A DNA stretch of 64,000 nucleotides, from assembly GCA_000004695.1 (NCBI GenBank), contig CM000153.2, forward strand, positions 2,176,001-2,240,000. Reading direction: 5' to 3'. The notes under the pieces were generated by a model. That model was not told the origin of the DNA and made no database searches. It saw nothing but the letters and a program-made list of their open reading frames with translations. The position numbers were made by a program, and so were the translations under genes. Shown piece by piece: positions 32,619-45,837 of the stretch. The stretch comes from Dictyostelium discoideum (lineage: Eukaryota). Numbering within the stretch: the first letter of the stretch is position 1; every line of letters starts with the position of its first letter.

Positions 32619-33243
32619 TAATAACTATAATAAATCAAAATTATTTGAAAAAGAAAAAGAAATTTTAATGCCATCACAAACCTTTTTACCAGACGAGAAT
32701 GATCCATCTTATTCATTGATTTTACAAATGATGCAAGAAGATATTATGGAAAATGATGATAGAGAAATGGCTAAAAAATTGGGTAGTGAAGTAGATGGTC
32801 CCTCTTCATATGATAGACAAACTAGAACACCACCAATTAATTCCTATTATGATTATAATCACTATGACGATGATGATTATAATGGTGGTGATGGCGGTGG
32901 CGGCGGTGGTTATGATGATCACTATGAATATCGTGGTCATAATGTTAACGATATCGATTTATCTTATGAAAATTTAGTTCAACTCGAATCAGTTGTGGTT
33001 GGTGCAACAAAGGAACAAATTGCATCAGTCGAAGAAACCCTATATTTAGATCCAATAAGAAGAAATAAACAAAACAAAAATACTCAATGTCAAGATACTC
33101 GTTGTGCCATTTGTTTATGTGATTTTCAATCAAATGAATTAATTAAAGTACTACCAAAATGTCAACATTTTTATCATAGTGAATGTATTGATCCATGGTT
33201 TAGAGCTAGTAAATTTTGTCCACAATGTAAAGTTGAACTTTAA
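31693..33243 (+). CDS. RING-H2 (C3H2C3) finger protein, a putative E3 ubiquitin ligase with an S/T/P/N-rich N-terminal region.
   Basis: A single 516-aa ORF has a C-terminal CAICLCDFQSNELIKVLPKCQHFYHSECIDPWFRASKFCPQCKV, a canonical RING-H2. The rest is low-complexity Ser/Thr/Pro/Asn, with a G9 run. Confidence 0.75.
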
Positions 33244-33462
33244 TTTATAATTTATAATAATAATCAATAATCAATAATCAATAATCAATAATCAATAACC
33301 ACCAATAATAATAATAATTAATGGTATATAAAAATAATATATAATAAAAACAATATATAATAAAAATAATAATAGATATAATAAATAAAAAATAATTGTA
33401 AATAGATATAATAAAAAAAAAAAATTCATTCAAAATATTGTAAGTTCATACTTTTTTTTCTT

Positions 33463-33493
<31 letters not shown>

Positions 33494-33586
33494 AAATAAA
33501 AAGTTTATTTAGTTTTATTAATTACGTTATCACATACTTGGAGGTTGTTGAATGTGTTTTTTAAAAACACTATCCATCAAGTCGTT

Positions 33587-33622
<36 letters not shown>

Positions 33623-33636
33623 TTTGAATTCAAATT

Positions 33637-34280
33637 TTATTTATTTGTATTATTATTTTGTTGGTTATTATTATTTTGTTGGTTATTATTATTATTATTA
33701 TTATTATTATTGTTATTGTTATTGTTATTATTATTATTGTTAATATTATTATTTTGATTATTTTGATTATTATTTGAAAGACTATTCTTTTTTTGTTGAA
33801 TTTGAAGTTGACGTTCTCTTGCAGATTTATGAATTTTGAAACCATATATTTTAGGAATATATTGTTGTGGTGGTTTGGTTGGAATTAATTCAGGGTAAGT
33901 AATTAATAAAAGATGTGGAAAAGTGGTACCGAAATAAGCACCATCAATATGTGAATGTCTTCTGTATTTTGGATTAAAAATGTCATTGCATCTTGGGCAA
34001 TAGACTTTAACTGTATCAACACCTTGCATATCTGCTAAACCTACTGGAAGGACTGGTTGATTTTGACAAAAAACACGTGGACATCTGCCAAACTCTGCTT
34101 TTTTAAATTTTTCGTGCATATGTGCAAGACCTTTTGGTGTCAAAATATATCTTGCATGAATTAAACCATAAAGAATATCAGCTGATCTTTCTAATGCTTC
34201 TTGTTGATCTTCACTTAATGGGTCATCTATTTTTTTTTTTTTTAATAAATTATTTTAGATTTAGATTTTGATTTTGATTT

Positions 34281-34324
<44 letters not shown>

Positions 34325-34617
34325 ATCGGAAATCTATTTTTAAAATTATTTAAAAAAAAAAAAAAATAATAAAAAATAATAATAAAAATAAAATACATAC
34401 CTGGATCAGAATCTAAAATTATTCCTAAAGCGCTATCATAAAATTGAACTAATGAACTTAAACCAGTAAGATTGAAATCATCATTTATATAATCTTCGTC
34501 AATGGTTGCAAAGAATTCATTTCCTTTTAAATTGCAATACCAAGGAATCCAAGCCATTTCATCCTCGTTTAATGAATCCTCTTCTTCTGAGGATGTATCT
34601 TTATATTTTCTATCCAT
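33637..34617 (-). CDS. csnk2b: Casein kinase II regulatory (beta) subunit. Model is complement(join(33637..34226,34401..34617)).
   Basis: Exon 1 encodes MDRKYKDTSSEEEDSLNEDEMAWIPWYCNLKGNEFFATIDEDYINDDFNLTGLSSLVQFYDSALGIILDSDP. Exon 2 encodes DDPLSEDQQEALERSADILYGLIHARYILTPKGLAHMHEKFKKAEFGRCPRVFCQNQPVLPVGLADMQGVDTVKVYCPRCNDIFNPKYRRHSHIDGAYFGTTFPHLL...YGFKIH. Together they are essentially colinear with human CSNK2B, including the CPxC...CPxC zinc finger. The intron (GTATGT...AAAAATAG, phase 1) contains a (GATTTT)n tract and poly-T. There is a poly-N/Q C-terminal tail. Confidence 0.88.
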
Positions 34618-35192
34618 TATATATTATATATTATTCTTTAATAATTATTTATTAACTTGATCTATATATATATAAAATGTCTGATTTTGATGTTTTTTTT
34701 TTTTTTTTCTTGCAATACTTGTTTTTTTTTTTTTAATATTACTATATGGTTTTGAAAGCTAAAAAAAATCTATATACACACAGATTCACCAAAGTTTTTA
34801 TTATAATTATTATAATTTATTTATTTTAATGATATATTAAATAAAATTAAATTATAACCTAAATAAATTTAATATAGTTTATTAGTATTTTCACTATTAT
34901 TATTTATTTTTATTTTTATTATTTTTTATTATTTTTATTATTTTTTATTATTTTTTATTATTTTTTTTTGGGATAAAAAATTCTTTAAATAAAACTATTG
35001 TTTATCTTTTTATAAAATTATTATTTATTATTATTATTATTTTGTTTATAAGTACTTTTATTTTTGATTTTCGTTAACGTTTTTGCCTGCTAGTAATTGC
35101 AATACTGTGTGTTGAAAAAAAAGTTTTTGAAAAAAAAAAAAAAAATAAAAAAAAAAAATAAATTTTAAAAAAAAAACGCCAAAAAGTTTTTT

Positions 35193-35223
<31 letters not shown>

Positions 35224-35354
35224 AAGAAAAAAAAAAAAAATAAAAATAAATAAATAAAATAAATGATTTAAAAATGATAACCTTTAAGAAAATCGTTTTA
35301 ATTACCAAAAATATTATTTATTTTATTCTGTTTTTCTTTTATATTTTTTGGATT

Positions 35355-35385
<31 letters not shown>

Positions 35386-35788
35386 AAAAAAAGAGAACAA
35401 TGGAATTCCACCCGCGTCGTAGTTTTAATTAATTAATTCAATATTCAAAATTATTTGTGATTTTTTTTAATATTTCTATATTAAAATACAAATTCAAGAT
35501 TCTGTCCATTTTTCTCCTTTTTTTTGCCATAATTTCTTATTTTTATTTATTTATTTCCTTTTTTCGTTTTTATTTTTTATTTTTTATTTTTTTTTTTTTT
35601 CAATTTTTTCAATTTTTTTTTTAATTTAATTTATTTCTTCTTTTTTTTTATTTTTTTTATTTAAACATCAAAATCACATATAATAGAGAAATTAATAAGT
35701 ATATGTGAAAGTTTAATTTTTTATATGTATATATGTAATATATATATTATATAAATAGGTTATTCGAAAAAATATAAAAATAGAAACA

Positions 35789-36943
35789 ATGGATGAAAAT
35801 GAGAGTAAATATCTTTATTTTATTTCATTGGCTTTAGTAAGTAAATATAAAAATTTATAAATACAATTTAATATTTTATTTACTAATATATATATATATA
35901 TATTTTACCTCTCAACCAATAATTTAAAACAATTATAATTATAATTATAGATAATTATACCATCAACTGGGTTTTATGTGACGATTGCTCCATATTTATA
36001 TGAAAAATTTGGAGTTATAATAATTATTTCACATTCATTAGTTTTAATATTAAGTGTTGGATCACTTAGTTTAGCGAAATTTACAGATCCAGGTTATATA
36101 CCAAAACAAACAATTAAAGATAATAGTGATTATATTCTTCAACAAAATTTTAAATCTGAACAAAAACGATTACAAGAAAAAGAAGAGGAAGAAGAAGAAA
36201 AAGAAAGACAAGAACAACTTTCAAATAATAATAATAATGATAATAATAATAATAATTTAAATAGAGAACAACAAGAAGATGAAATTTTAATTAAAAAATA
36301 TAATGAAAGACAAAAAAAGAAACCTAAAAAGAAGGTTATACATTTATATAATGGAAATGTTATAAAATTAGTTTATTGTAGTATGTAGATTTTTATTTTT
36401 TTATTTTTTATTTTATTTAAAATTTTTTTTTTTTTTTTTTTATTATTAATATAAATAAAAATTAAATAATAATAGAAACATGTAATTTTTTTAGACCACC
36501 AAGATCATCTCATTGTTCAACATGTAATAGATGTGTTTTAGAGTTTGATCATCATTGGTAAGTGTTTAATAATATTAATATTAATGGTGATGATGACGAT
36601 GATTGATTATTATTTACTAATAATTAATTAATAAATTTAGTCCATGGGTTGGAAATTGTATAGGAAGAAATAATTATAAATATTTTGTATATTTTTTAAT
36701 ATGGACAGTATTGTTATCAATAGTAACCACTAGTTATTCTTTATTACAATTGATTTCTTTATCAAAAGAGAAATATCCAGCATTTATAGATTTGGTTGCA
36801 CATGCTCCATTTTCAATTGTAATTGCAATTTATGCATTTCTTTTATTTTGGACATTGGTTGGTTTATGTTTTTTTCATTTACATTTAATATCACGTGGTA
36901 TCACAACAAGGGAAGATGTAAGTTTTTATAATATATATCTAAC

Positions 36944-36991
<48 letters not shown>

Positions 36992-37212
36992 CATACAATT
37001 GTTAATAATTTATTAACATTAATAATGATAATAATAATTAATAGGCTAAAGGTATTATTAATCCATATTTTTCAGGTGGATTTATTAGTGGATTTTTTAA
37101 ATTGGCTTTTGGACCCAGATTTATAAAATCTTCAATAGATATTTATGATGTTTCAACACAATATCAAAAATCTCAATCTTCCTTAAATGAATTTATAATC
37201 GATATTCAAAAT

Positions 37213-37289
<77 letters not shown>

Positions 37290-37440
37290 TAATAAATATA
37301 GACAATCGCCAAATGTTTCACCATTTTTAGATAAAAAAGATAGTGTTAATATGAATGATTATGGTAATAATAACACCAATGTAAATAGTAGCTCAGTTTT
37401 TTCGAATTTAAATAATAATAATATTAATAATAATAATAAT

Positions 37441-37536
<96 letters not shown>

Positions 37537-37620
37537 TCTACTCAATTTTCTTTATTATATAATGACGATACAAATATTGATGAAGGGGACGACAGAACAA
37601 GTTTACTCTCATATTATTAA
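35789..37620 (+). CDS. DHHC-type protein S-acyltransferase (palmitoyltransferase). Model is join(35789..35836,35951..36380,36476..36557,36641..36917,37045..37620).
   Basis: The DHHC-CRD is reconstituted across three exons: ...VIKLVYC|[27 protein letters not shown]|[23 protein letters not shown]. Flanking TM helices and the PGYIPKQ motif are present, and there is a long poly-Asn C-terminal tail. Introns are GTAAGT...TTATAG, GTATGT...AATAATAG, GTAAGT...AAATTTAG and GTAAGT...AATTAATAG, with phases 0, 1, 2, 0. Confidence 0.8.
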
Positions 37621-37801
37621 TTGGTTGGTTTACCGACCGATCAAAAATAAAAAATAAAAAAAAAAATAAAAAAAATAAAAAAAAAAATTAAATTAAATTA
37701 ATTATAAAAAAAGGTAGTTTTTTTTTTTTTGTTGGGTAATTGATTTCTCATTTTTTGACTTATTTTGGATTCAAAGAAAAAAAAATATGACTCACACTAA
37801 C

Positions 37802-37834
<33 letters not shown>

Positions 37835-38123
37835 TATTTTTTTTTAATTTTTATATTTTTAATTTTTTTTAATTTTTTTTAATTTTTTTTTTTTCAACAT
37901 CAAGTTTAATTTTTCATTCACCAAAAAAAAAAAAAAACTTTTTTTTATTTTTATAAATATTTAGTTGTATGTTAAAACAGTTTAATAATAATAGTAATAA
38001 TAATAATAATAATAATAGTTTTAGTAATAATATTTTTTTAGGGAAATTTTTAAAAATTTTGATCTAATTCCTAATTTTTCATCTTTTTTTTAATATATTT
38101 ATATATATAATTAATTAATAATT

Positions 38124-38164
<41 letters not shown>

Positions 38165-38346
38165 TATAAATAATTTCAATAATTCTTAATCAAAAAAAAA
38201 ATTTATTTAACGAAAAAAAAAAAAAAAAAAAAAACAAATTTATTTTCAAAAAAACATAAATAATATTTTTTTTATATAAATAATTTCAATAATTCATAAT
38301 TTTTTAAAAAAAAAAAAAAACAAAAAAAAAAGTTTTTTTTTAAATA

Positions 38347-41243
38347 ATGGTAAAATATCATTTTCAAGGCTTAAGTGATAATAAAGTCAAAGAAAATAGA
38401 GAAAAATATGGAAGTAATACATTACCACCAGTAGAGATTGAATCATTTTTTAGTAAATTGATGGAGAATTTTCAAGATCCATTGATTCATATTTTATGTG
38501 TAGCATTAGTGATCACGGTGATCTTATCATTTGTAGGATATGCGGAATGGTTTGAGGGTGTTGGTATTGCATCAGCAGTATTTTTAGCAACATTTGTATC
38601 AACCTATAGTGAATATAAGAATGAGAATTCATTTCAAGAACTTCAAGAGAAAGCATCAAGAGTGAAATGTAACGTTTTTAGAAATGGATCACACATTTCC
38701 GAAGTCTATGGATTCGATGTTGTAGTTGGTGATTTAGTACTCCTTCAAGCGGGTGATAAGATTCCAGCAGATGGTCGTTTAGTTGCAGGCGAACTTCACG
38801 TCAATCAATCGACCCTCAATGGAGAACCACACCTCGAAAAGAAGATTGTAGCCCCAGAAAACTATGAACCAACCACCAGAAACGATTTCTTGGATCATTA
38901 TCTATGTTTTAGAGGTACAGTGGTCGAGGATGGTGAAGGTGTACTCTTGGTGTCAGCCGTTGGTTCATCAACGCTCTATGGTGAACTCGCTATTGAACTT
39001 TCAAAAGCCGATGAAAGAGAATCCCCACTTCAAATTAAATTATCAAATTTAGCCGATGGTATTAGTACCATTGGTTATATTGGCGCTGGTTTCATTGTTA
39101 TTAGTTTCCTCTTTAAACAATTTGTTATGGATAACAATTACAATTGGTCCGAAATCTCAACTTACATTTCAAATTATCCAATCGTTCTAAAAGATATTGT
39201 AAATTCTATCACCTTGGCCATCATTATCATTGTAGTTGCAGTTCCTGAAGGTTTACCAATGATGATTGCAATCGTTTTATCCTTAAACATGAGAAAGCTT
39301 TTAAAAGCAAAAGTTTTAGTACGTAAATTATTAGGTATTGAAACTGCTGGTAGTTTAGATATTCTTTTTGTTGATAAAACTGGTACACTTACAAAAGGTA
39401 AATTTATTCCAAGAACTTTTATTTCTGGTTCAGCTCATACTTATAAAGGTTTTAATCAAATTCCAAAAGAATTAAGGTAATATAATTTATTTTAAAATTT
39501 AATTAAAATTTTAAAATTATTAAATAATAACTAATTTTTTATTATTTTTTTTATTTTTTTTTATTTTTTTTTATTTTTAATTTTAATAGAGAAGTTTTAT
39601 CATTTACAGTTAGAGAATCAACATCATCAGTTATTGGTGAAGATGGTCAAATTGTTGGTGGTAATGCATCAGATAAAGCATTATTACAATTTTTAGATAA
39701 AGAATCATTATTAGCAGATTATCAAGTTAAAGTTGAAAAAGAGATACTTTTCCATTCAGAGAGAAAATATTCAGCAGCATTATTAAAGGTACCATTAAGT
39801 GGTGGACCAACTGGTAAAGCACCAAAAGGTATTGTAACTTGTTCACATAAATTAAAGAATGATGAAAGATATGTTGAGATCACTTGTTTAAAGGGAGCAC
39901 CAGAGATTGTATTAAATCGTTGTACCTCTCATTTCAATGAGGATGGTCATATTGAACCAATTCCAGATAGTGTCGGTTTAACCAATTCAATCAATAGTCT
40001 CTCTGAACAAGGTATTCGTGTTATTGCAGTTGCTGTTTCTCGTGAACCATTGGTTGAAACTGAAACCCTTCCTAATAGTCTTATTCTCGTTGGTATCGTT
40101 GGTGTTTACGATGAAATTCGTGAAGAATCTCGTTCATCCATTCAAACAGCTCGTTCCGCAGGTATTCAAGTAGTTATGATCACTGGTGATAAAAAAGAAA
40201 CTGCCATTGCCGTAGCTCATCAAATTGGTTTAATCTCTCCTGGTGAAGAATCTCAACCAGGTGTCGTTCTCACTTCATTTGAGTTACAAAATTTATCTGA
40301 CAATAAATTGGCCAATATGCTTCCACATCTTCGTGTGGTTTCAAGAGCACTTCCATCCGATAAAGTACGTTTTGTTAATGTAGCTCAATCACTTCATAAA
40401 GTGGTTGGTATGACTGGTGATGGTGTCAATGATTCAGCTGCTCTCAAACATGCCGATGTTGGTTTCGCTATGGGTTCAGGTTCAGAGGTTAGTAAAGAAG
40501 CTGCCGATATTGTAATTCTCGATGATAATTTCGCCTCAATCACTCAAGCCGTTCTCTATGGTAGAACCATTTACAAATCCATTCAAAAGTTTATCGTTTT
40601 CCAATCTACAATCAATGTCGCCTCAACTCTTATCGTATTCTTGGGACCATTTATGGGCTTTGATTTCCCGTTAACTTTAATTCAATTGTTATGGGTTAAC
40701 TTGGTAATGGATACTTTGGCTGCTCTCGCATTTGGTGGTGAACCAGCACTCACTCGTTACATGCAAGAGAAACCAATCAAAAGAGATCAATCCATTATCA
40801 CCAGTAGAATGTGGGGTTCAATTTTAGGTGGAGGTCCTTTCATCTCTGCAATGTCTATTCTTTTCCTTACCAATGACTATGTTGAAGCTTTCTTCACTCG
40901 TAATGGTGAACCATATCAACCAGCTTTCTTGACTGCATTTTTTGCATTTTTCATTTTCCTCTCTGTCATCAATGCCTTTAACGTTCGTACTAGCCGTTTG
41001 AATCTCTTTGATCATTTGTTTGATAATAAAGGTTTCATTGTAGTTGTGTTTTTCATTTTCTTTGTTCAAATCGTTTTCACCTATATTGGTGGTAAGATTC
41101 TCAGAACCGTTGGTCTCACTTCCAGTGAATGGGCTTTGGTTGTAGCAATGTCCTTCTCAGTAATACCTTTTGACCTCATTAGAAAGTTTGCCTTAAATTT
41201 ATTTCTTTTCAAATCAAAGAAAAATATCAATAAAACCGATTAA
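38347..41243 (+). CDS. P-type Ca2+-transporting ATPase of about 927 aa, type IIB/PMCA-like and lacking a calmodulin-binding tail. Model is join(38347..39476,39590..41243).
   Basis: P-type hallmarks are present: PADGRL...GE (actuator region), TM4 PEGLP (VVAVPEGLPMMIAIVLSLNMRKLLKAKVLVRKL), phosphorylation motif DKTGTLT (here LFVDKTGTLTKGKF), MITGDKKETAIAVAHQIG (TGD), and VGMTGDGVNDSAALKHADVGFAMG (GDGxND hinge). The N-terminus resembles Ca-ATPases (ENFQDPLIHILCVALVI). The single intron 39477..39589 is GTAATA...TTTTAATAG, phase 2. Confidence 0.85.
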
Positions 41244-43372
41244 TAAATTTGAAAAAATTGTTTAAATAAATTAATAAAAAAAAAAAAAAAAAAATAAAGA
41301 ATTAAAAAATTTTTTTTCTAAAAAAAATATAAAATATTTCATTTTTAATTTTATTTTCTTTATAAAACCTAAAAAAAGTACTTTTTAAATTATTTTATTT
41401 TATTTATTTATTTTTTTTTTTATATTATTGCCATTTTTTCTAAGGAGGTTCGAGAAAAGGTTTGTCTTAGGAATTTTTAATTTTTTTAAATATAAAATTA
41501 TTAATTTGGTTTAGATTTAAATACAAATAATATTTTAGTTTAGTTTATCTAATAAAGAATTTTGATTTTTTTAAAAAAGAAGATGTTATTATTAATTAGT
41601 TGGAAAAAAAAAAAAAAAAAAAAAAAACACAAAAAGACAAAAAAAAAAAATTTTAAAACAACATTCTATATTAAATAAAGAACAAATGAAAGATAAAAGT
41701 AGTTTTATGTATTTGTTTTTTTTTTTTTTTTTTTTTTATCTATTTTTAATCACTTTAGAGTTTAAAAATTAATACATATTAAATGATTAAAATAAATATA
41801 TGATTGTGTTTGATTAGATTAATTGGTCTAAGGAGATTAGATTAGGAAATACCGATTCTAGAATGCTATACCTTGCAAGTTAACCTTTTTAATTTAATAA
41901 TTTGTTTGGGTTTTTAAAATTATTTGGATCTTTTGAAAGAGTTCTTTTGCTATTAGCAAAGGTTCTAGATAGGTCATAATTTAAACATTTGTATCCCCAT
42001 TCAAAATATTCTTTAAGGAATATTAGCATTATCTATGTTAACCTCATGGTCTTTTTTCATATTTGGTGGAATTATAGGTGTAATTCTGTTAAAGCATTTA
42101 TTGTTTTTGTATCTAATCCTTTTGTGGGTCCAAAATTTGCCACCACCACCTGTTGCGATGTATATGAAATTTTTCAAAATTTTACAAATTCTAATGTTTT
42201 TTTGTACATTTAAAGAAGATATGGCCATAAGGATGTTACCAAGGTCTTCTTTACATAAAGTACAAGGTTTATTATGAAGATAGTTTAGTAGTAAACATCA
42301 TGCATGAAATCTAAACATTGTATCTTTGTTTTAGGATTGAGTATTGATTGACGAAATTAGGTTTTTGGAATGTTTGAATCTTGTATGTGAATTTCGTTAT
42401 ACCATTCTGCCAGTGATAGAGGTTGATTATTTTTGTTTTTAATTGATGGGGAAGGAGTAAATATTGCTCTTTTCTTTCTTATTATCCCAATTTTCCAGAT
42501 TGTGGTTTAAGATATAGGTTTTAGTCTTTATTGTCGAACTTGACGATTTCCACAGGATTAAATACTATTAAGAATTTATGGCATTTTTCTGTATATGATG
42601 ATAGAAACAATTTTTTTTTTTATTGATTGTTTATTTTTTTTTTTTTTTTTTTTTAGATATTAATTAATTTTTTACTTGATCTTTAGTAACAATAAGTGTT
42701 TATTAGATTTTATATTTTTATATATTTTTTATTGATTGTTTTTTTTTTTTTTTTAAGTCTTTTTACATGAAAAATGAAATAATCAAAAAAAGAGGTTGTT
42801 GTGGTTGTTGTTGTTGTAGATCATTTTTATCTATCTGATTATTTTTAATTAAAAATCAAGTTAGTCAGAAAATTTCCAAATTTTTAACTTTTTTTTAAAA
42901 AAAAGAAAATAAGATGAATATTATAAATAATACCATAAATATTTATATTTATAAAAATATTTTTTATTTATTTTTCCTTTTTTTTATTCTTCCTTTTTTT
43001 TTTATTTTTCCTTTTTTTTTATTCTTAATTTTTTAAACAATAAATCTTAGCAACTAAAACCTTATTAAAATTGTTTTTTTTTTATTTTTATTTTTATTTT
43101 TTTTTTTAATTTCTTAATATATTTTTTTTGATTTAAGTGTGTTTTGTTATAAACAAATAACAAAAGTGTTCATAATTGTTTAATTTCTCTCTCTCTTTAA
43201 AAAATTCTAAGGTTTATTCAATAAACTTTATTTAAAAAAGGGATTTATATGGCCATATATTTTCGTAAACCACTTTTAAATTCTTTTTTCTATATTTTTT
43301 TTAATAGTAAAATTAAATTTGCTTATTTTTTTTTTTTATTTTTTTTTATATTTTTTTTTAATCACTTTTTTA

Positions 43373-43407
<35 letters not shown>

Positions 43408-43803
43408 CTATCTTTAATCTTTGTTTTTGAAATAATATTATTTCATTTTATTTGTTTTAATTCTTTGGTTTGGAATGAAAAAAATTTATACTCTAATAAT
43501 TTTTCGATTATTTCCAATTTAAAATTATTTAGATTGGTCTTAAAAAGGAATGTTAGTTTTTTTTTTTTTTTCCTTTCTTTTATCAAACAAATTTCTAAAT
43601 TGGAAACTATTAGATGAATTTAATAAAAATATTTAATTGTTTTTTTTATACTTAATCTTCCCATAAATCATTGATCAACATTCGAATTATTTATAAAAAC
43701 CAACTCAAACTGAATAAAAAAAAATTAAATAAAATAAAATGAAATAAATTTTACAGATGTAATAATTATAATTTATAGATTTTTGTTTTTGTTTTTCTTT
43801 TTT

Positions 43804-43873
<70 letters not shown>

Positions 43874-44151
43874 TGGTAATATAACTTTCTCCTCTAATAT
43901 TTGATATACAAGGTCTGTGGTTATTTATGTTTTAATAATACACATATATCATCTTTTCTATTGCAAATATATATTACCAGCAAATAAATTATTAATATAA
44001 ATTGTTTTATGATCTAAAGTTGTAAATAAATTGGTAGTTGTAAAAACTTCATCTTATTTGTTGAAGATACTCTATTACTATTACTATTACAATTTTTAGA
44101 ATGATAAATAATGGCACTTGTTGAGCTCCCATGATATATATATTAAATATC

Positions 44152-44162
44152 CAGAATCGAAC
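44152..44162 (-). promoter_or_regulatory. External B box (ex-B) downstream of the tRNA-Ser gene.
   Basis: GTTCGATTCTGG on the minus strand lies ~35 bp past the tRNA 3' end. Dictyostelium tRNA genes commonly carry such a duplicated B-box-like element (consensus GGTTCGAATCC). Confidence 0.4.
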
Positions 44163-44196
44163 ATCTGATCTAAGATATTTTTCAATTATAAAATTT

Positions 44197-44277
44197 CGAC
44201 ACCTGCAGGGTTCGAACCTGCGCCTCCGAAGAGAACGCCTTAGCAGGGCGCCGCATTAACCACTTTGCTAAGGTGTC
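44197..44277 (-). tRNA. tRNA-Ser (anticodon GCU), 81 nt including the discriminator, with a long variable arm.
   Basis: On the minus strand the sequence is GACACCT-TA-GCAAAGTGGTTAATGCGG-CGCC-CTGCTAA-GGCG-TTCTCTTCGGAGGCGC-AGG-TTCGAAC-CCT-GCAGGTGTC-G. The acceptor stem is GACACCT/AGGTGTC. The A box is TAGCAAAGTGG and the B box is GGTTCGAACCC. The anticodon loop is CT-GCT-AA. The extra arm CTCTTCGGAG forms a hairpin. Confidence 0.88.
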
Positions 44278-44349
44278 ATGGAAAAATATTATGGTGATAC
44301 ACTTGGTAAAGTTGTATAAGAAGAGATTTCATTTTTCATATAAAAAAGA

Positions 44350-44382
<33 letters not shown>

Positions 44383-44385
<3 letters not shown>

Positions 44386-45790
44386 GGAACCCAAGTTAAT
44401 CAGAAAATTTCCAGATTTTTAACTTTTTAAAGAAAAATAAAAAAAATAGAAAGAAAATAAGATGAAAATCACAAACAACACCACAAATATTAAGCAACAC
44501 AAATGCCTACAAAAAATAAGCGAAATTGTGGATAAAACTCAATTAAAAAAAAAACAATTCAAATACGTCATAAACATCAATCACGAACCAGACGATAAAA
44601 TAAAAAAAGATTTAGAAAAAAGTTTGGACAAAAAAGATGTTTTAATCAAAAGTAATAATACATTCAAAATTCTCACAGACAGTATTAGTACAGTAATCTA
44701 TTTTGTAAATATGTTTGATGCAGAATTAAAAGGACAATTTATAACCACTATAAGACCAAAAAATATGTATACAGATTTTGATTGGTATAAATCACTCACA
44801 GAAATAGAATGGGTAATAGAAAATGAAGGATGTAAACTAATTAAATTAGAAATTAAAGGCGAAACTCTAATTATCAAAACAGTGAAAAGAGTCGTAGAAG
44901 AATTTGACACTATCATTGAACTAGACAATCTAACATTAATTGGACACTCCAACAAAGGATGGAGAGATCAAACCTCATTACCAGAAAATCAAGAAGAAAT
45001 CANNNNNNNNNNNNNNNNNNNNNNNNNNNNNNNNNNNNNNNNNNNNNNNNNNNNNNNNNNNNNNNNNNNNNNNNNNNNNNNNNNNNNNNNNNNNNNNNNN
45101 NNAGATTTTTAACTTTTTAAAGAAAAATATAAAAAATAGAAAGAAAATAAAATGAAAATCACAAACAACACCACAAATATTAAGCAACACAAATGCCTAC
45201 AAAAAATAAGCGAAATTGTGGATAAAACTCAATTAAAAAAAAAACAATTCAAATACGTCATAAACATCAATCACGAACCAGACGATAAAATAAAAAAAGA
45301 TTTAGAAAAAAGTTTGGACAAAAAAGATGTTTTAATCAAAAGTAATAATACAATTCAAAATTCGAAACAAAAAAAAAAAAAAAAAAAAAAAGTAAACTAA
45401 CCCCTCTTTTAGAGACCCTGTAAAAAAAAAAAAAAAAAATAAAATAAAATGAGATCTAGCATCTCAAGGAGAAGCAAATAATAATTGCGTTATCCAATTC
45501 AAAAAAAAAAAAGTTGTATAAGAAGGGGAAAAAAACAAACAACAACAACAATCTCTTTTTTTTGATTATTTCATTTTTCATATAAAAAAGACTTAAAAAA
45601 CAAATAAATAAATAAATAAACTATTTTAAAAAGCCATCTTTTTACTTTATTGTAATTTATTATTTGTTTCGTTTTGAGAATTTTGCGTAGCAAAATTTTC
45701 AAAAAAAAAGCAAAAAATAATCAGATCGAAAAAAACAAACAACAACAACAATCTCTTTTTTTGATTATTTCATTTTTCATATAAAAAAGA

Positions 45791-45837
<47 letters not shown>

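Noticed and set aside
41820-42560. Moderately complex non-homopolymer segment with short ORFs (41989..42277) downstream of the Ca-ATPase gene, considered as a possible TRE3/retroelement remnant.
   Set aside because: I found no recognisable reverse-transcriptase, integrase or other motif in any frame, and it is ~1.6 kb from the tRNA gene rather than at the ~100-bp TRE3 distance. It is left unannotated.
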